Below, in pieces: positions 51,067 to 63,584 of a stretch of DNA of 64,000 bases. The stretch spans positions 13,657,189 through 13,721,188 of the forward strand of contig NC_057720.1 of the NCBI RefSeq assembly GCF_004010195.1. The letters are read 5' to 3'. Under the pieces are notes generated by a model. It made no database searches and had not been told where the DNA came from. It was given only the letters and a program-made list of their open reading frames with translations. Within the stretch, counting starts at the first letter, position 1; the number at the start of each line of letters is the position of its first letter. The translations under genes and the position numbers were made by a program. This DNA comes from Chiloscyllium plagiosum (Eukaryota).

Positions 51067-51829
51067 GCACACTTGGCAGTGGACTGAGCGCATAATGACG
51101 ATTATGGAATCGTTATATTAATCACATCTGGATCAATAGATTCCTGTTTCTAAAACACAAACAACTGCATCACAAAGCAGTTCATTTGTTGCCATTGACA
51201 TGATGGCAACATTGCAGAAGGATCATTTTTCTGAGGTATTTACTTTTGGGATGACAATGCTGACATTAATGGCCATCCCCAGCTGATTTGGGAGGGTTCT
51301 GGGGATATTGTGGGATAAAAAGCATTGAAGTGGATGATCAGCCATTATATTGAATGGCAGGAGAAGCTCAATGGGCTGAATGGCCTACTCCTGCCACTGT
51401 GTTGCTGTGGAATGGTAAATATTGGCCTTATTCTTGAACTGCATGTGATAAAAGTGATCCCTTGAAGGCGTTAGGAAGTATTTTCTTTTGACTTAGTGAT
51501 GATGAAGTCATGATGACACATGCACCTGGCAGGTCAAACATGAGCTGATGGTGTTTTCATGATATTGATGTTTTTGTCCTTCACAGCATTAAAAGTCACA
51601 AATAAGGATTGATGGGGGTGGGGGCAGGCAAATGTTCCAAAGAAGATGTATGTCTGAACCCACCCCAACTTCTTCCCTAATCCTCAAAAACACAGTGTCT
51701 TCATATGACCACCCACCCCTCCCTACCCATCCCCACCATCCTTTGAAATAAATGGATGCCTGGAAATGGCTTTACCCATAGGATTTTGGCCTCAAAATTG
51801 TGGGCCTCATCTATTTCAGTCCTGGAGTT

Positions 51830-51980
51830 GATTAGATTAGATTCCCGACAGTCTGGAAACAGGCTCTTCAGCCCAACAAGTCCACACCGACCCTCCGAAG
51901 AGTAACCCACCCAGATCCATTTCCCTCTGACTAGTGCACTAACACTATGGGCAATTTAGCATGGCTAATTGACCTGACTT
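51830..51980 (-). mobile_element. HE1-type SINE 3' part
   Basis: GATTAGATTAGATTCCC tail and body. Confidence 0.8.
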
Positions 51981-52047
51981 CCCAAAATTTGTTCATCACC
52001 TGGTCATGAATGTAATGGAATACTTTCCACTTGCCTGCATGCAGATA

Positions 52048-52773
52048 GTGTTGCTGAACAAAGAGACCTTGGAGTGCAGGTGCCTGGCTCCCTGAAAGTG
52101 GAGTCGCAGGTAGCTAGGATAGTGAAGAAGGCGTTTGGTATGCGTTCCTTTATCGGTCACAGTATTGAGTACAGGAGTTGGGAGGTTATGTTGCGGCTGT
52201 ACAGTACATTGGTTAGGCCACTGTTGGAATATTGCATGCAATTCTGGTCTCCTTCCTATCATAAAGGTGTTGTGAAACTTGAAAGGGTTCAGAAAAGACT
52301 TACAAGGATGTTGCCAGGATTGGAGGACTTGAGTTATAGGGCGAGGCTGAATAGACTGGAACTGTTTTCCCTGGAGCGTCGGAGGCTGAGGGATGACCTT
52401 ATAGAGGTTTACAAAATTATGAGGGGAAAGGATAGGCTAAATAGACAAAGTCTTTTCCCTGGGGTTGGAAGAGTCCAGAACTAGATGGCATAGTTCTAGG
52501 GTAAGAGGGGAAAGATATAAAAGAGACCTGAGGGGCAACTTGTTTACACAGAGAGTGGTACGTGTATAGAATGAGCTGCCAGAGGAAGTGGTGGAGGCTA
52601 GTTCAATTGCAACATTTAAAAGGCATTTGGATGAGTATATGCATAGGAAGGGTTTGATGGGATATGGGCCAGGTGCTGGCAGGTGGGGCTAGATTAGGTT
52701 GGAATATCTGGTCGGCATGGACGGGTCGGACCGAAGGATCTGTTGTCGTGCTGTACATCTCTATGACTCTATG
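52048..52773 (+). mobile_element. CR1/HER1 3' fragment
   Basis: ORF 52074-52484; (CTATGACT) tail. Confidence 0.92.
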
Positions 52774-53214
52774 ACAGTAGGTCACTCGATTTGCAGCCCA
52801 AGCCAAGCATTATCAAGCCAAATGACATGGGTACTGCTGTTTCTTCACCATCTCTGGGTAAAAATCCTGGAATACCTACCTGAGTGTACTGTGGTTGTAT
52901 CTACACCACATAGACTGCAAGAGTCCAAAAATGAGGCTCATTCCTGCTATCACTAGAGAACAGCAGATGGATAATAAATGCTAACCTCATAAGTAAAGTG
53001 CTATTCAATATCTCCTCCATTGCAAAGATCAAAAGTTCCAACCTGCGTTACTCTGCCTTTTTTCACCTACACTTCATGTACAGCAGAAACCATCATCTTT
53101 GCCTTTGTCACCTTCTGACCTAAGTATTCTAATTTTCTTCTGACTGGCTTCTTATTTTCCACCCTCAGTACACTTCCGACTCACTCAAAAATTGCCCAGA
53201 TCCAATCCTACTAA

Positions 53215-53490
53215 GGCTTTGAATTCCACCATGGAAATGTGAATTTACTAAAACTCTGGAACAAAAAGCTGGCCTAATGGCAACTATGTAATCATTGTCG
53301 ATTCTTGTAAAAACCCATCTGGTTCACTAATGTCTTTTAGATGCTATTGACACCAGATCTGGCTTAAGTGTGACCCGAGACCCACAGAAATGTGATTAAC
53401 TCTTAACTGCCATTTGGGCAATTAGGGATGGGCAATAAATGCTGGCCTAGCCAGCGAGGCCCAGATGCCTTGACCAAATATAAAAAAAAT
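53215..53490 (+). mobile_element. Second tRNA-SINE family, 3' part
   Basis: AAAACCCATCTGGTTCACTAATGTC...GGGCAATTAGGGATGGGCAATAAATGCTGGCC. Confidence 0.75.
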
Positions 53491-53609
53491 GTCCTGCCCT
53501 AAATATCACTTTATCAATCACCGTTGTTAACATTAAGACTGAACCAGACTGTTCACAATGTTGGTATGGTAACTAACCCTGAGACAAACATCCAGGCACA
53601 TACTCATAC

Positions 53610-54190
53610 ATGTGTTCAGACTGCACATTCCCCCTTCCATAACGTCACCCAGATTCATCCGGTCTAGTGCGTCTGCTGCTGAAACTCTCAGTCATGTCTT
53701 TGTCCTGGCTGGACTTGACCATTCCAATGTGATTCTAGCAGGTTTCCCACTACCTTCCATGAACTTCAGATCATCCAAACTTCTGCTGTCCACATCTTAA
53801 CTCATGTCAAAGCCTGTTCACACGTGCCTACTGAGCTAAATTTCCTTCTGGGTCAAGCAATGTTTTGATTTGAAAATTCTAATCTTGTTTACGATTTTTC
53901 CACACCTTCACCGTTCTCTGTTATTCCAATCACCGTCTGCTCCACAACTCTCCATGATATTGGTGCTTGCACAACTTTAGCATCTTGTGCAGCTGTGTCT
54001 TCAACTCTCTTGGTGCTAAGTTCTAGACTTCCCTACCTATATCTCTTTACCTCGCTACTTCATAGGCGATTCCTTAAAAGTTTACAAACTTGTCATAACC
54101 TTTGGTCATCTGACCAATTGTTCCCTGTGGTAGCTCAGTGTCATGTTTACTTGACAATTTATTACTTGAGCAGGGCGACATAAGTATAAG
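53610..54190 (+). mobile_element. L2-type LINE 3' remnant
   Basis: SAAETLSHVFVLAGLDHSNVILAGFP resembles the L2 ORF2 C-terminus (AETLIHAFV.SRLDY.N..L.GLP). Confidence 0.6.
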
Positions 54191-54799
54191 ATGTTGTTGA
54201 TGAATTGCATGGGCTTCAGGTTCTACTTTACAGTTCGTGTCTCCATGCTTACATTCCTTCACAGCTTCCTCCCTCCTTGTCATTGGAATCTCCATTAGTA
54301 CCACAATGTCCCCATGTCTCTCACTCTGATTCTAACCCTTTGTACACCAACCCTTCACTTTTCCCTATTGTTCATTATCCTGCATTCACCCACTTATGCA
54401 CTACCTGTTGACATTTTCTCCCTCCCTAGTTTCTAGTTTTCTCTGTTCCCTGAAGGCACTTTTTAAACTGATCCTCTTTGACCATTTCTGGTAAACCCAC
54501 CCAAACAGGCTGCATCTTCTCATTGGTATCCATTTATTTCAAATTGCACCTCATTGAGTATCTTGCTACATGAAATGTGTGACACAAATGCTAAGTTGTT
54601 GCTGTTGAACCAGTGGATGATTTAACAATTAGCAACAGTATGTGCACAGAGACACTTTGGGACAATTCTCACCTAACCCAGTTGGCAATTCTGGCCTTAC
54701 ATACTGCCCAACTCAACTTCACAACATTATAAAATCAATGTTCCACTTGATCCTCTGGGCTTCCTGCTCAGTGTGTATCACTTAAACTGCTCTTTGTAT

Positions 54800-55075
54800 T
54801 TGTTTAAAGGATGTGGGTATTGCTGGCTACGTCAGCATTTATTACCTATTTCTAATTGCCCAGAGGGCAGTTAAAATTCAATCACATTGTTGTGGTTCTG
54901 GAGTCACATGTAGGCCAGCCCAGGTAAGGATGGCAGATTTCCTCCCCTGAAGGATATTAGTGAACCAGGTGGGTTTTTATCAGAACAATTGATAATGGTT
55001 ACAGTCACCATGAGACAACGTCTTTATTCCTGATTTGTACTGAATTCACTTTTCACTCTCTGCCATGGTGTGGTT
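54800..55075 (-). mobile_element. Second tRNA-SINE family
   Basis: Reverse complement of the 53215-53490 type. Confidence 0.7.
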
Positions 55076-56009
55076 ATTTACTTGAAGACTGAATGGCCTT
55101 TAAACAAAGTCACAAATTAGGAACGGCAGTAGAGCACTAGGCCTTTTGAGTGTGTTATGCCATTCAACAAAATCATAGCTGACCTGATTATGACCCCAAC
55201 TCCAGGTTCCTCACTAACTCTGGGAAAAACTGGCTCCCTTTTAACCAAAAATCTGTTTACCCCTGTCTTAAAGGTTTTCGGTGAATCTGCCTCCACCTCT
55301 TTCTGGGGTATAGAGTTCTGAAGAGCCATGACTTTTCTGAAATTCAAAGTGTTAAAATTTGGATAGTTGGTAAATTGACCCAAGCCCTATTCATTCTGCT
55401 TGCCATAGACCTAGTGTTTATTTAGTGATCTTCCCTGAGGGAAATACTTTCTGGAACAACACAAGGCAGACTGCAGAGGGGAAAGATCTGTAAGAGTGGA
55501 TTGGATGGAAGAAACAGAGTCCCTTGAAATTGCTTCCATTTCGCTGAATGGACGGAGGAAAAGGAAATGGGCTGGATCAGTTAGGAGTGTGCATTCACTG
55601 TCACACTATTCTTGCTGCACTCCACCTAGCAATACTCAACACTGGGTGGGGTTTGGTGTAGTCGTAAGGCCGTTGCACTAGCAATCCAGAACCCTAGGTT
55701 AGTATTTTGGGGATATGGGTTAGAATCGAGGTAGGGATTGAATTTTAAATGTAATAAGTGCCTGGAATAAACAGCTAGCCTAATGGTGACCATGTAACTA
55801 ATTGTTGTAAAAACTCATCTGGTTCACTAATATCTTCGAGAGAAGGAAATCTGACACCTTTACATTGAAAGAAAGGCTATAAAGTCTAACCCAATGTTAA
55901 CTTGCCGTGACTTTTGATCTGGGCCTAGAGTTTGGCAGCAGCGAATTCTTCAACCTGACCTGCGGACTGCTGGTGCAGGGTAGAGAGTCCAATGTCATCC
56001 TGTGTGAGT

Positions 56010-56350
56010 CCTGCACTATGGGAGGTGCTGTCTATCAGAGAGATGTTAAACTGGGACACAGTCTGCTTTCTGATGTGGATGCAATAGATCTCAAGGTACT
56101 ATTCCATAGAAGAGAAAAAGACAGCTGCTCCTCGAAAGCACTGGTCCTTTACAATATTGACTCTCAGTTAACATCACAAAGCAGAGCTACATGCTTATAA
56201 TCCCAGCGTTGTTTGTGGGATCTTGCTCGTTGCATTTTGGGTGCCACTTTTCCTACTTTGCAACATTGCAGAATAACTTCAGTGAGGGTAAAGCACTCTG
56301 AGACTTTCAGTTGCTTGGGAGAGGCGCTATGCAAATGCATGTCTTCCTTT
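56010..56350 (+). mobile_element. Deu-domain-type SINE
   Basis: GGGAGGTGCTGTCT..AGATGTTAAAC...TGTTTGTGGGATCTTGCT...GGCGCTATGCAAATGCA. Confidence 0.55.
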
Positions 56351-57359
56351 CCCACTTTTCGCGGCTCAGCACCCTCCAAGTTTGAAACTTACCAATAATG
56401 GTGAAACTAACAAACAGACACTGTAACTGGTTAGAGAGATACTGTAGAGAAGGCAGGATGATAAGCAGAAAAGTGATCATTTTGGTGGAAGCTTTCCGCA
56501 GGGAACCTGGAAGCAGCTCCATGAATTAAAGATGGCAAAAAGGCAGCGAGATCAAAGTAGGAGTGTTAACAGCAATGCAGTGGATGTCAACAGTTATAGG
56601 GTCCGAATTAAAAGGGAAGGGATTGTCTTTCAGAAATGAATCCACAGGAGGTTTCCCAATTCTTAGCTGGCTATTAGCCCTGCACTGAAGAATGCATTGT
56701 ATCGCGATGCATCAATCTCCCGAGATTCTTTTCAGGCAAACTTTGAAACTCAAGAAAATACATGTGGCATTGGCAATTGCTTTAAAACAATAGTGTCAAT
56801 TATGGCAGCTTCACTCTGGTGCCATTGCTAAATTACATTTCAGAAAGCACTCCATTTAATAATAATTGAGTTCTGGACCAATACACATTGCTGAGGGCCC
56901 AGTTTAACTTCGAATGAAACCAGTAAGTGATCTCCCCGGCTGTCTGCTTGCTATTGTAAAGGATTAACGCTGTCCTACATTACACTATGATTGTTATTTC
57001 ATGAAACTAATGCCCCTGGGAAAAATGAGAACTCTTTCATTCACTGACTTTCCTGGTCAGGTTTTCCTCCTGTCCCTACATTTCCTGAAAGCATGATCTG
57101 TGTGCATAGGCATCGCTCTTAAAATTGTGGGCCCTCTTCGCAAAGTGATCAGGCTTCACAGATAGGTGCCAGCAGGGACTGTCAGCATGCTATTCAATGA
57201 CAGTAGCCATCACACTCTTGTTCCATTTGTGCCAATTCCTGTGGAGTGAATGCAAAATTTTTAGAAATGGTACAAGTTTGATCAACTTAAAAGTAGCAGT
57301 TCCTTCTTCTGGTATATCGCTGCAAGCACTTTTTAAATGTGACTTTTCCTTCGAATCTT

Positions 57360-57912
57360 TTTAATCATATATGGGGTGTGGGCACCACCAGATAGGCCAG
57401 CATTTTTTGCCCATCCCTAATTACTAGAGGGCAATGAAGGGTTACAGAGATCTACAACACAGAAAAGGGCCCTTCGACCTATCAAGAACATGCCGGTCAA
57501 AAACAACCACATAACTATTGTACTCCCATTTTCCAACCCTTGGCCCATAGCCTTGTGCGCCTTGGCATTACAAATGCACAGCTAAATACTTCTTACATAT
57601 TATAAGGGGTTCTGCATCTGCCACCCTTACAGGCGGTGAATTCCAGATTCCCAACACCCTCTGGGTGAAAAAGTCAACCACATTGCTGTGGGTGTTGAAT
57701 CACATGTAGGCCAGACCAGGTGAGGATGGTAGATTTCCCTTCCTAAAAGACATTAGAGAACCAGATGGGTTTTTATGACAATGTCTACATAATCACCATT
57801 AGATGAGCTTTTTATTTCTAGATTGTCACTGACTTCAAATTTCACCATCTGCCCTAGTGGGATTTGAACTCCTGCCTTTGGTTCTGGAGTGAGATTACCA
57901 CTACACCACTCC
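57360..57912 (-). mobile_element. Second tRNA-SINE family interrupted by a CR1 3' end (~57445-57672)
   Basis: SINE tail, CR1 3' UTR, then SINE body and head. Confidence 0.65.
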
Positions 57913-59627
57913 CTCATTTGTTTTGTGTCCAAGCACATGCGTGTAGGAAATGGAGAGTCATGGTTGTGCAGGATAAAATGATATAAATACACAAGTTGTC
58001 TGCCAATTTGATGTCAGAGCACAAACTATGAAAACTGTTTAAAACAAAACTAAAACACTGCCAATGCTGGAAATCTGAAGTCAAGACACAATTTGCTGGA
58101 GAAACCCAGCGGGTCACGTTTCTCTACATGAATGATGTCTGACCTGCTGAGATTTTCCAGCAATTCTTGTATTTTATGGAAGTCGTGACTGGGGTCTTAA
58201 TGCAGTAGTAGGAAGAATAGTTGACCAATCAAGTAATTTATGCCAGACCATATGGGTTCAGTAAAGGACTACCCTTAATCCCTTTGAACAACAGACACCT
58301 TCAAAGGAAAACTTCTTCAAACTTATCTCTACAATTAAGCTTTCACAAACCACTCTTCCATGCTAGCCCTGGCAATGGCGTTCCTCATGCCCTATAGTAT
58401 GACTTTTATTCTTTTAAGATAAACATGCTGCTGAAATCCACCTCCCCATTTGTCTAATGCCCTGAGTGCACCTCCCCTTCTGTACTGTATCCAAAGCAAC
58501 ATAGAAACATTTAAGGTCTGGACACAGCATACAGAAATGGTGCAAGGTTGATATCTACTGTCAGATGGTTGGAAAGATTGGACCACCTTGGGCTCGTGTG
58601 CTACCAGGAAAAGTCTGACCTTACGGTAAACAATACACATATGTAAAACTATTCAATAATGTTAATCTGAACCCCAAAGGAGGCCAGGGATCAGTCTCAA
58701 AAAAGCAGTTTAGGATTGATCATAAAAGTCATCTTCACACAAAAGAGTAATCAATGCAGAGAGTGGACACCTGAGAATATATTTGGAAGTGCAAAGCCTG
58801 GAATCATTTAGGTGAATGTTATAATGGTGGTACTTTATGGGCATTCTGGGCAGATTAATTAAAATGTATCAAATGGCTTTCCTGGGCCCAGCTCACAAAA
58901 CAATATACAGACTTCTGATTCATTATTCTCAAGCTCTTGCATGGGAGTCATTGGACAGGTAAGCCTCCATTATCCGTGATGTTTGCAACATCTCAGGTAG
59001 TTCTGTGTGAGCACTGTGCTCAGAAAACAAATGCAGGCCATTAATGGGTTTATATTATCTGATTGTAAGGCACCTCCCACCTGAGAGTGTGAGATTGTGG
59101 AAACACCTACATAAATAAGTGCACTTCATCTTTAGCCCCCAATGAAAGAATTAAAAAAAAACTTCTTTTGGCAGGTGGAATGGGTTTGAAAAATATTAAT
59201 AGGCGATGGGCCATAGATATATTGGTCAACAGATGACAGATTAAGAAATAACCCCAAGTAAACAATAAACTCTTCCCTGTCGTTTCCTAGTCATGGTTGA
59301 GATTCGAGCCCCAAAATCCTGTCAACTACCCACAAGGTGCAAGACAGGAATGACAAGGATATTTTCTGTGGGCCAAATGCAGCTCCAGCAAGAAGCTCAA
59401 CATCTTACAAAACCAAGCATTGTAGCAATGTGGCAATGTTTCTTCAGTAAAAATGTTCAAATCTGTGACCTGCACCATCCAGGAGAACAAGGGAAACTGC
59501 TGAGTAAGGACACCAGCTCCGTCAATCTCCCCTCCAAGACACACATTGATCTGACTTCCATACATATCAGTGTCAGGTCAAAAACCAGGAACTCCTTTTA
59601 CAAAGTCAAATCAATGCAGGAGTTTCA

Positions 59628-60692
59628 TGGTGAATGGTAGGGCCTTAAGGAATGTGGTGGAATAGGGGGACCTTGGAGTTCAGGTGCACGGTTCTCGAGA
59701 AGTGGAGTCACAGGTAGACGGGGCAATGAAGAAGACTTTTGGCACACTGGCCTTCGTCAGTCAGGAGATTGAGTACAGAAGTTGGGAAGTAACGTTGCAG
59801 TTACACAGGACATTGGTGAGACTGCACTTGGAGCTTGTGTTCAGTTTTAGGCACCTAGTTTTAGGAAGGAAGTTCTTAGTTATTAGAAAGAGTGCAGAAG
59901 AAATTTACAAGAATGTTGACTGGGTAGCACAGTGGCTTGGTTGTCAGCACTACTGCCTCACAGCACCAGGGATGCACGTTCAATCACAGCCTCAGATGAC
60001 TCTGTGTGGAGTTTGCACATTCTCCCTGTGTCTGCGTGGGTTTCCTCCAGCTGCTCCAGTTTCGACCCACAATCCAAAAGATGTGCAGGTCAGGTGAATC
60101 GACCATGCTAAATTGTCCATCGTGTCAGGGATAAATATAGGACAGGGGAATGGGTCTTGGTGGGTTACTCGTCGGACGGTCGGTATGGACTTGTTGGGCC
60201 GAAGGGCCTACTTCCAAACTATAGGGAATGTAATCAATGGTCTGATTTATAGGGAGAGGTTGCACAAGCTAGGATTTTTCTTTAGAGAGTAAGAGATTGA
60301 GGTAGATAGGGACCTTATAGAAGTGTATAAGTTCATGAGAGGCATGGATAGGGTGAAAGCACTCAGTCATTTTCCCAGGGTTGGGGAATCGAGGACTAAA
60401 GGGCATCCGTTTAAGGTGAGAGGGGAAAGAATAAAAGGGAACCTGAGGGGCTACCTTTTCACACAGAGGTTGGTACGCATATGTAATGAGCTGCCAGCGG
60501 ACGTGGTTGAGGTACGACAATATTAACGACATTTAAAAGGCATTTGGACAAATATATGGAGAGGGAAGATTTAGAAGGATTATGGGCCAAGTGCAGGGAA
60601 ATGGGGTTGATGTGGATGGACATCTTGGTTGGCATGGACCAGTTTGGGCAAAGGGGCTGTCTCCGTGCTGTCGGACTCTGTGACTCTATGAT
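59628..60692 (+). mobile_element. CR1/HER1 3' fragment interrupted by an HE1-type SINE (~59922-60236)
   Basis: VHGSREVESQVD...; SINE body; then YKFMRGMDRV...FTQRLV. Confidence 0.88.
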
Positions 60693-61894
60693 CAAAAGCA
60701 TGGTGGTGGGACCATGGATGATAGTGATTGAAGAGGGTTAATCATTCATTTCAAAGGCAATTAAGGATGGTTAACCAACACTGGTATGCAGTGCTGTTCA
60801 CAGACTGAGAACAAATCAGAAAATGGTCCTGTCAGCACATGAAAGGGTCAGGGGAAAGATTACAGAATTGCCCATCTTTGGCTGGAATTAAGTGGGCAAC
60901 TTCTCATTGGAATAATGATGGTGGGTAAGATGGAAAAAGTAATTTTTTTGTCCTCCAAAGTGACACGTTGTCTCTGCCCCAAGATGAATCAGATTCACTT
61001 CCAACACAATGGGTAGTGAGTTACAAATGCCGAAATGTTTTTTTAAAAAATGGAACCCACTTAACAGCAAAGTTGAGTTCTCAAGTTTTACCCTGAGTCA
61101 TAAGCACTGGGGACTCGGATGGAAACACTAGCACTTGGTAGGAGTTCAAATGTTCAAACACATTGCAATGTTTTATTTCAAGGCATTTTAGAAAAAATGC
61201 ACAACGGATTCATCTGCACCCTGAGACAGACCAAACTGATTTAGTTCAGAAACTTGTGAATAAGCTGGAAAAGGTCCCACATTTAGTGATGTGATTTCCT
61301 TGCTTGACTAACACTTCTTATAAAACTATTTTGCATGGCATGCACATTTAACAACTTTTCACACACACTAAAGCTGTGTTGGATAAATATCCGAAAGTAA
61401 TCTCAATAAAAAGGCCCTCAGAACAAGGTTTTGTTGTTAGATTAAATTATTCAGAGATATTAGTGTCTAGACTTATGACTCCACAAGGACACTGGGAGAA
61501 TGCAATTTTGTCCACACAATCAGCTTTCTGGAGTTTTTCACTCTCTCAGACTGAATTTGAAACCGTGCTGCTCAGAAAGGCCAACTTTTTTTTAATAGGC
61601 ACTTGTGGGTCCTTTCTTCACATTATGACTAAAAGTTTTCACAGGAAATGAAGAGCAAAGGGGCAGCACAGCAAGAGAAGAAGATATTTAAAATTCAGAT
61701 CTGTTCCGGGGCTTCGGATTCAGGGCTAGAAGTCTCTGGACCAAAGCTGAACCTCACCAGCAACCCTCAATCATTACAAATGACAACGAATTGACACTTA
61801 GAGGGAGGGTGTCCTCCAATTGACTGAGAGTAGACAGTTGAAACTTTATTGCTGGAACAGCACAGCAGGTCAGGCAGCATCCAGGGAACAGGAG

Positions 61895-61930
61895 ATTCGA
61901 CGTTTCGGGCAAAAGCCCTTCATCAGGAAT
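61895..61930 (-). ncRNA. Minimal type I hammerhead ribozyme, family 1, best-preserved copy, within insertion ~61825-61930
   Basis: ATTC-CTGATGA-A-GGGC-TTTT-GCCC-GAAA-CG-TC-GAAT: all core nucleotides present, perfect stems I and II. Confidence 0.8.
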
Positions 61931-62539
61931 AGTTAGTGAGGCTGCACTCACCATCTAAAGGCTCTCACAACTACAGGAAACCCGGATTTTAAGAAAAAAG
62001 CTGATAGTTTCACAGTCATCATTACGCCGAGACTCACTTTATATTCCATGTTATTTTTATTAATTGAATGTAAATTCCAGCTGTCATCCGCTTTTGTACA
62101 TAAAGAAAGGAAAAAGGAGGAAGCGTCTCCACTTTGAGGCAAGCTCTCAGCAATTTTAAATATCCTGAAATGTAAATAAATTGGCCACAGCTACTAGAAT
62201 ATTCCTACAGAGGGGGAGATCCTCTGGCTCTAGGCAGCTGCTGAGCTCCTGACACTCACTGAGTGATTCCTGTCAGCTTCTGACCAATGGCGTTCATTGG
62301 CCTTTCAACTCTGGCCTTGCTAAAAAAGGCTCAGAGGCAGAATGGTGCCAAGCAAGTTGCCAAACTAACTGGTGTAAGAAATTGCATGTCCCTCTGTCCC
62401 AGCACCCACTCACATTGGCCTCCAAGGAACCTGCCCAGTGGCTTCACGTACATTGCATTCAACTACAGTCACCACAGTCCTATTGGACAATAGGGCTGCT
62501 CTCCCATTACAGAGAGATGACCAGTGGTGTCTTAGCAAG

Positions 62540-62735
62540 TTTTGAGAAGGTTTGTAGCTCCGGTTGAGGTTCTGGATGTAGGTTTGCTCGCTAAGCTGGC
62601 AGGTTCATTTTCAGACATTTCGTCACCATTCTAAGTGGCATCTTCAGTGAGCCTCCAGACAAAGGATTGCTGGTGTTTCCTGCTTTCTATTTATATGTTT
62701 GGGTTTCCTTGGGTTGGTGATGTCATTTCCTGTGG
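62540..62735 (-). mobile_element. Poseidon-type Penelope pLTR with degenerate hammerhead (62611-62650)
   Basis: Reverse complement resembles 35075-35247; TCA-CTGAAGA-T-GCCACT..GGTGAC-GAAA-TG-TC-TGA. Confidence 0.7.
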
Positions 62736-62829
62736 TCCAGTCAAGGCATTTCCTATAAGAGCCAGGACATCATGCTGGAGCTCTGCAGAACTTTGTCAGG
62801 CTTTGGCTGGGGTACAGTGTGTAGCCCTG

Positions 62830-63540
62830 ACCACCACACTATAGGAAGGATGTGATTGCAGTGATGGAGGTGCAGGCGAGATTCACCAGGATGTTGCCTG
62901 GGATGGAGCATTTCAGTGATAGAGAGAGGCTGGGTAAGCTCAGGTTGTTTGCAATAGAACAGAGAAGGTTGAGGGGGGTACCTGATAGAGGTCTACAAGA
63001 TAATGGAGGGCATGGACAGGGTGAATTGAAAATACTTGTGCCTCTTAGTCAAAGGATCAAGACCAAGAGGCACTCTTTTAAAGTGAAAGGTAGGAGGTTC
63101 GGGGGGATTTGAGGAAAATTATTTTCAGCCAGTGGTTGGTGAGGGTCTGAAATGCACTGCCAAGGTGGATAGTTGAAACAAGTAACCTCACAAACTTTAA
63201 AAAGTACTTGGATGGACATTTGGAGTGTTATATCATTCAAAGCCATGGGTCTAGAATGGGAAAGTGGGACTAATGTAGGTAATAGTCAAAATGTGTGGCA
63301 CTGGAAAAGCACAGCCGGCCAGGCAGCATCCGAGGAGCAGGAGCGTCGATGGTTCCAGTATAAACGCTCGACTCTCCCGCTTCTCGGATGCTGCCTGACT
63401 GGCTGAGCTTTTCCAGCGCCACACTTTTTGACTCCGATCTCCAGCATCTGCAGTCCTCACTTTCTCCTAACGGAGGTAATAATACATTTTTGGTGATTTA
63501 GACAAGATGGGCTGAAGGGCCTTTTCTGAATGATTCTATG
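62830..63540 (+). mobile_element. CR1 3' fragment containing a fold-back family 1 element (63285-63473)
   Basis: QARFTRMLPGME..; TSD AGGTAATA at 63277-63284 and 63474-63481. Confidence 0.85.
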
Positions 63541-63571
63541 AATTGAGATGAGAACAAATGGATTGAAACTT

Positions 63572-63584
63572 GTTGCCAGGCAAC
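63572..63584. promoter_or_regulatory. RFX X-box-like palindrome
   Basis: GTTGCC-A-GGCAAC. Confidence 0.35.

Noticed and set aside
40341..63540. Plus-strand bias of long LINEs as evidence for a minus-strand host intron
   Set aside because: Several minus-strand CR1 fragments also occur and the numbers are too small.
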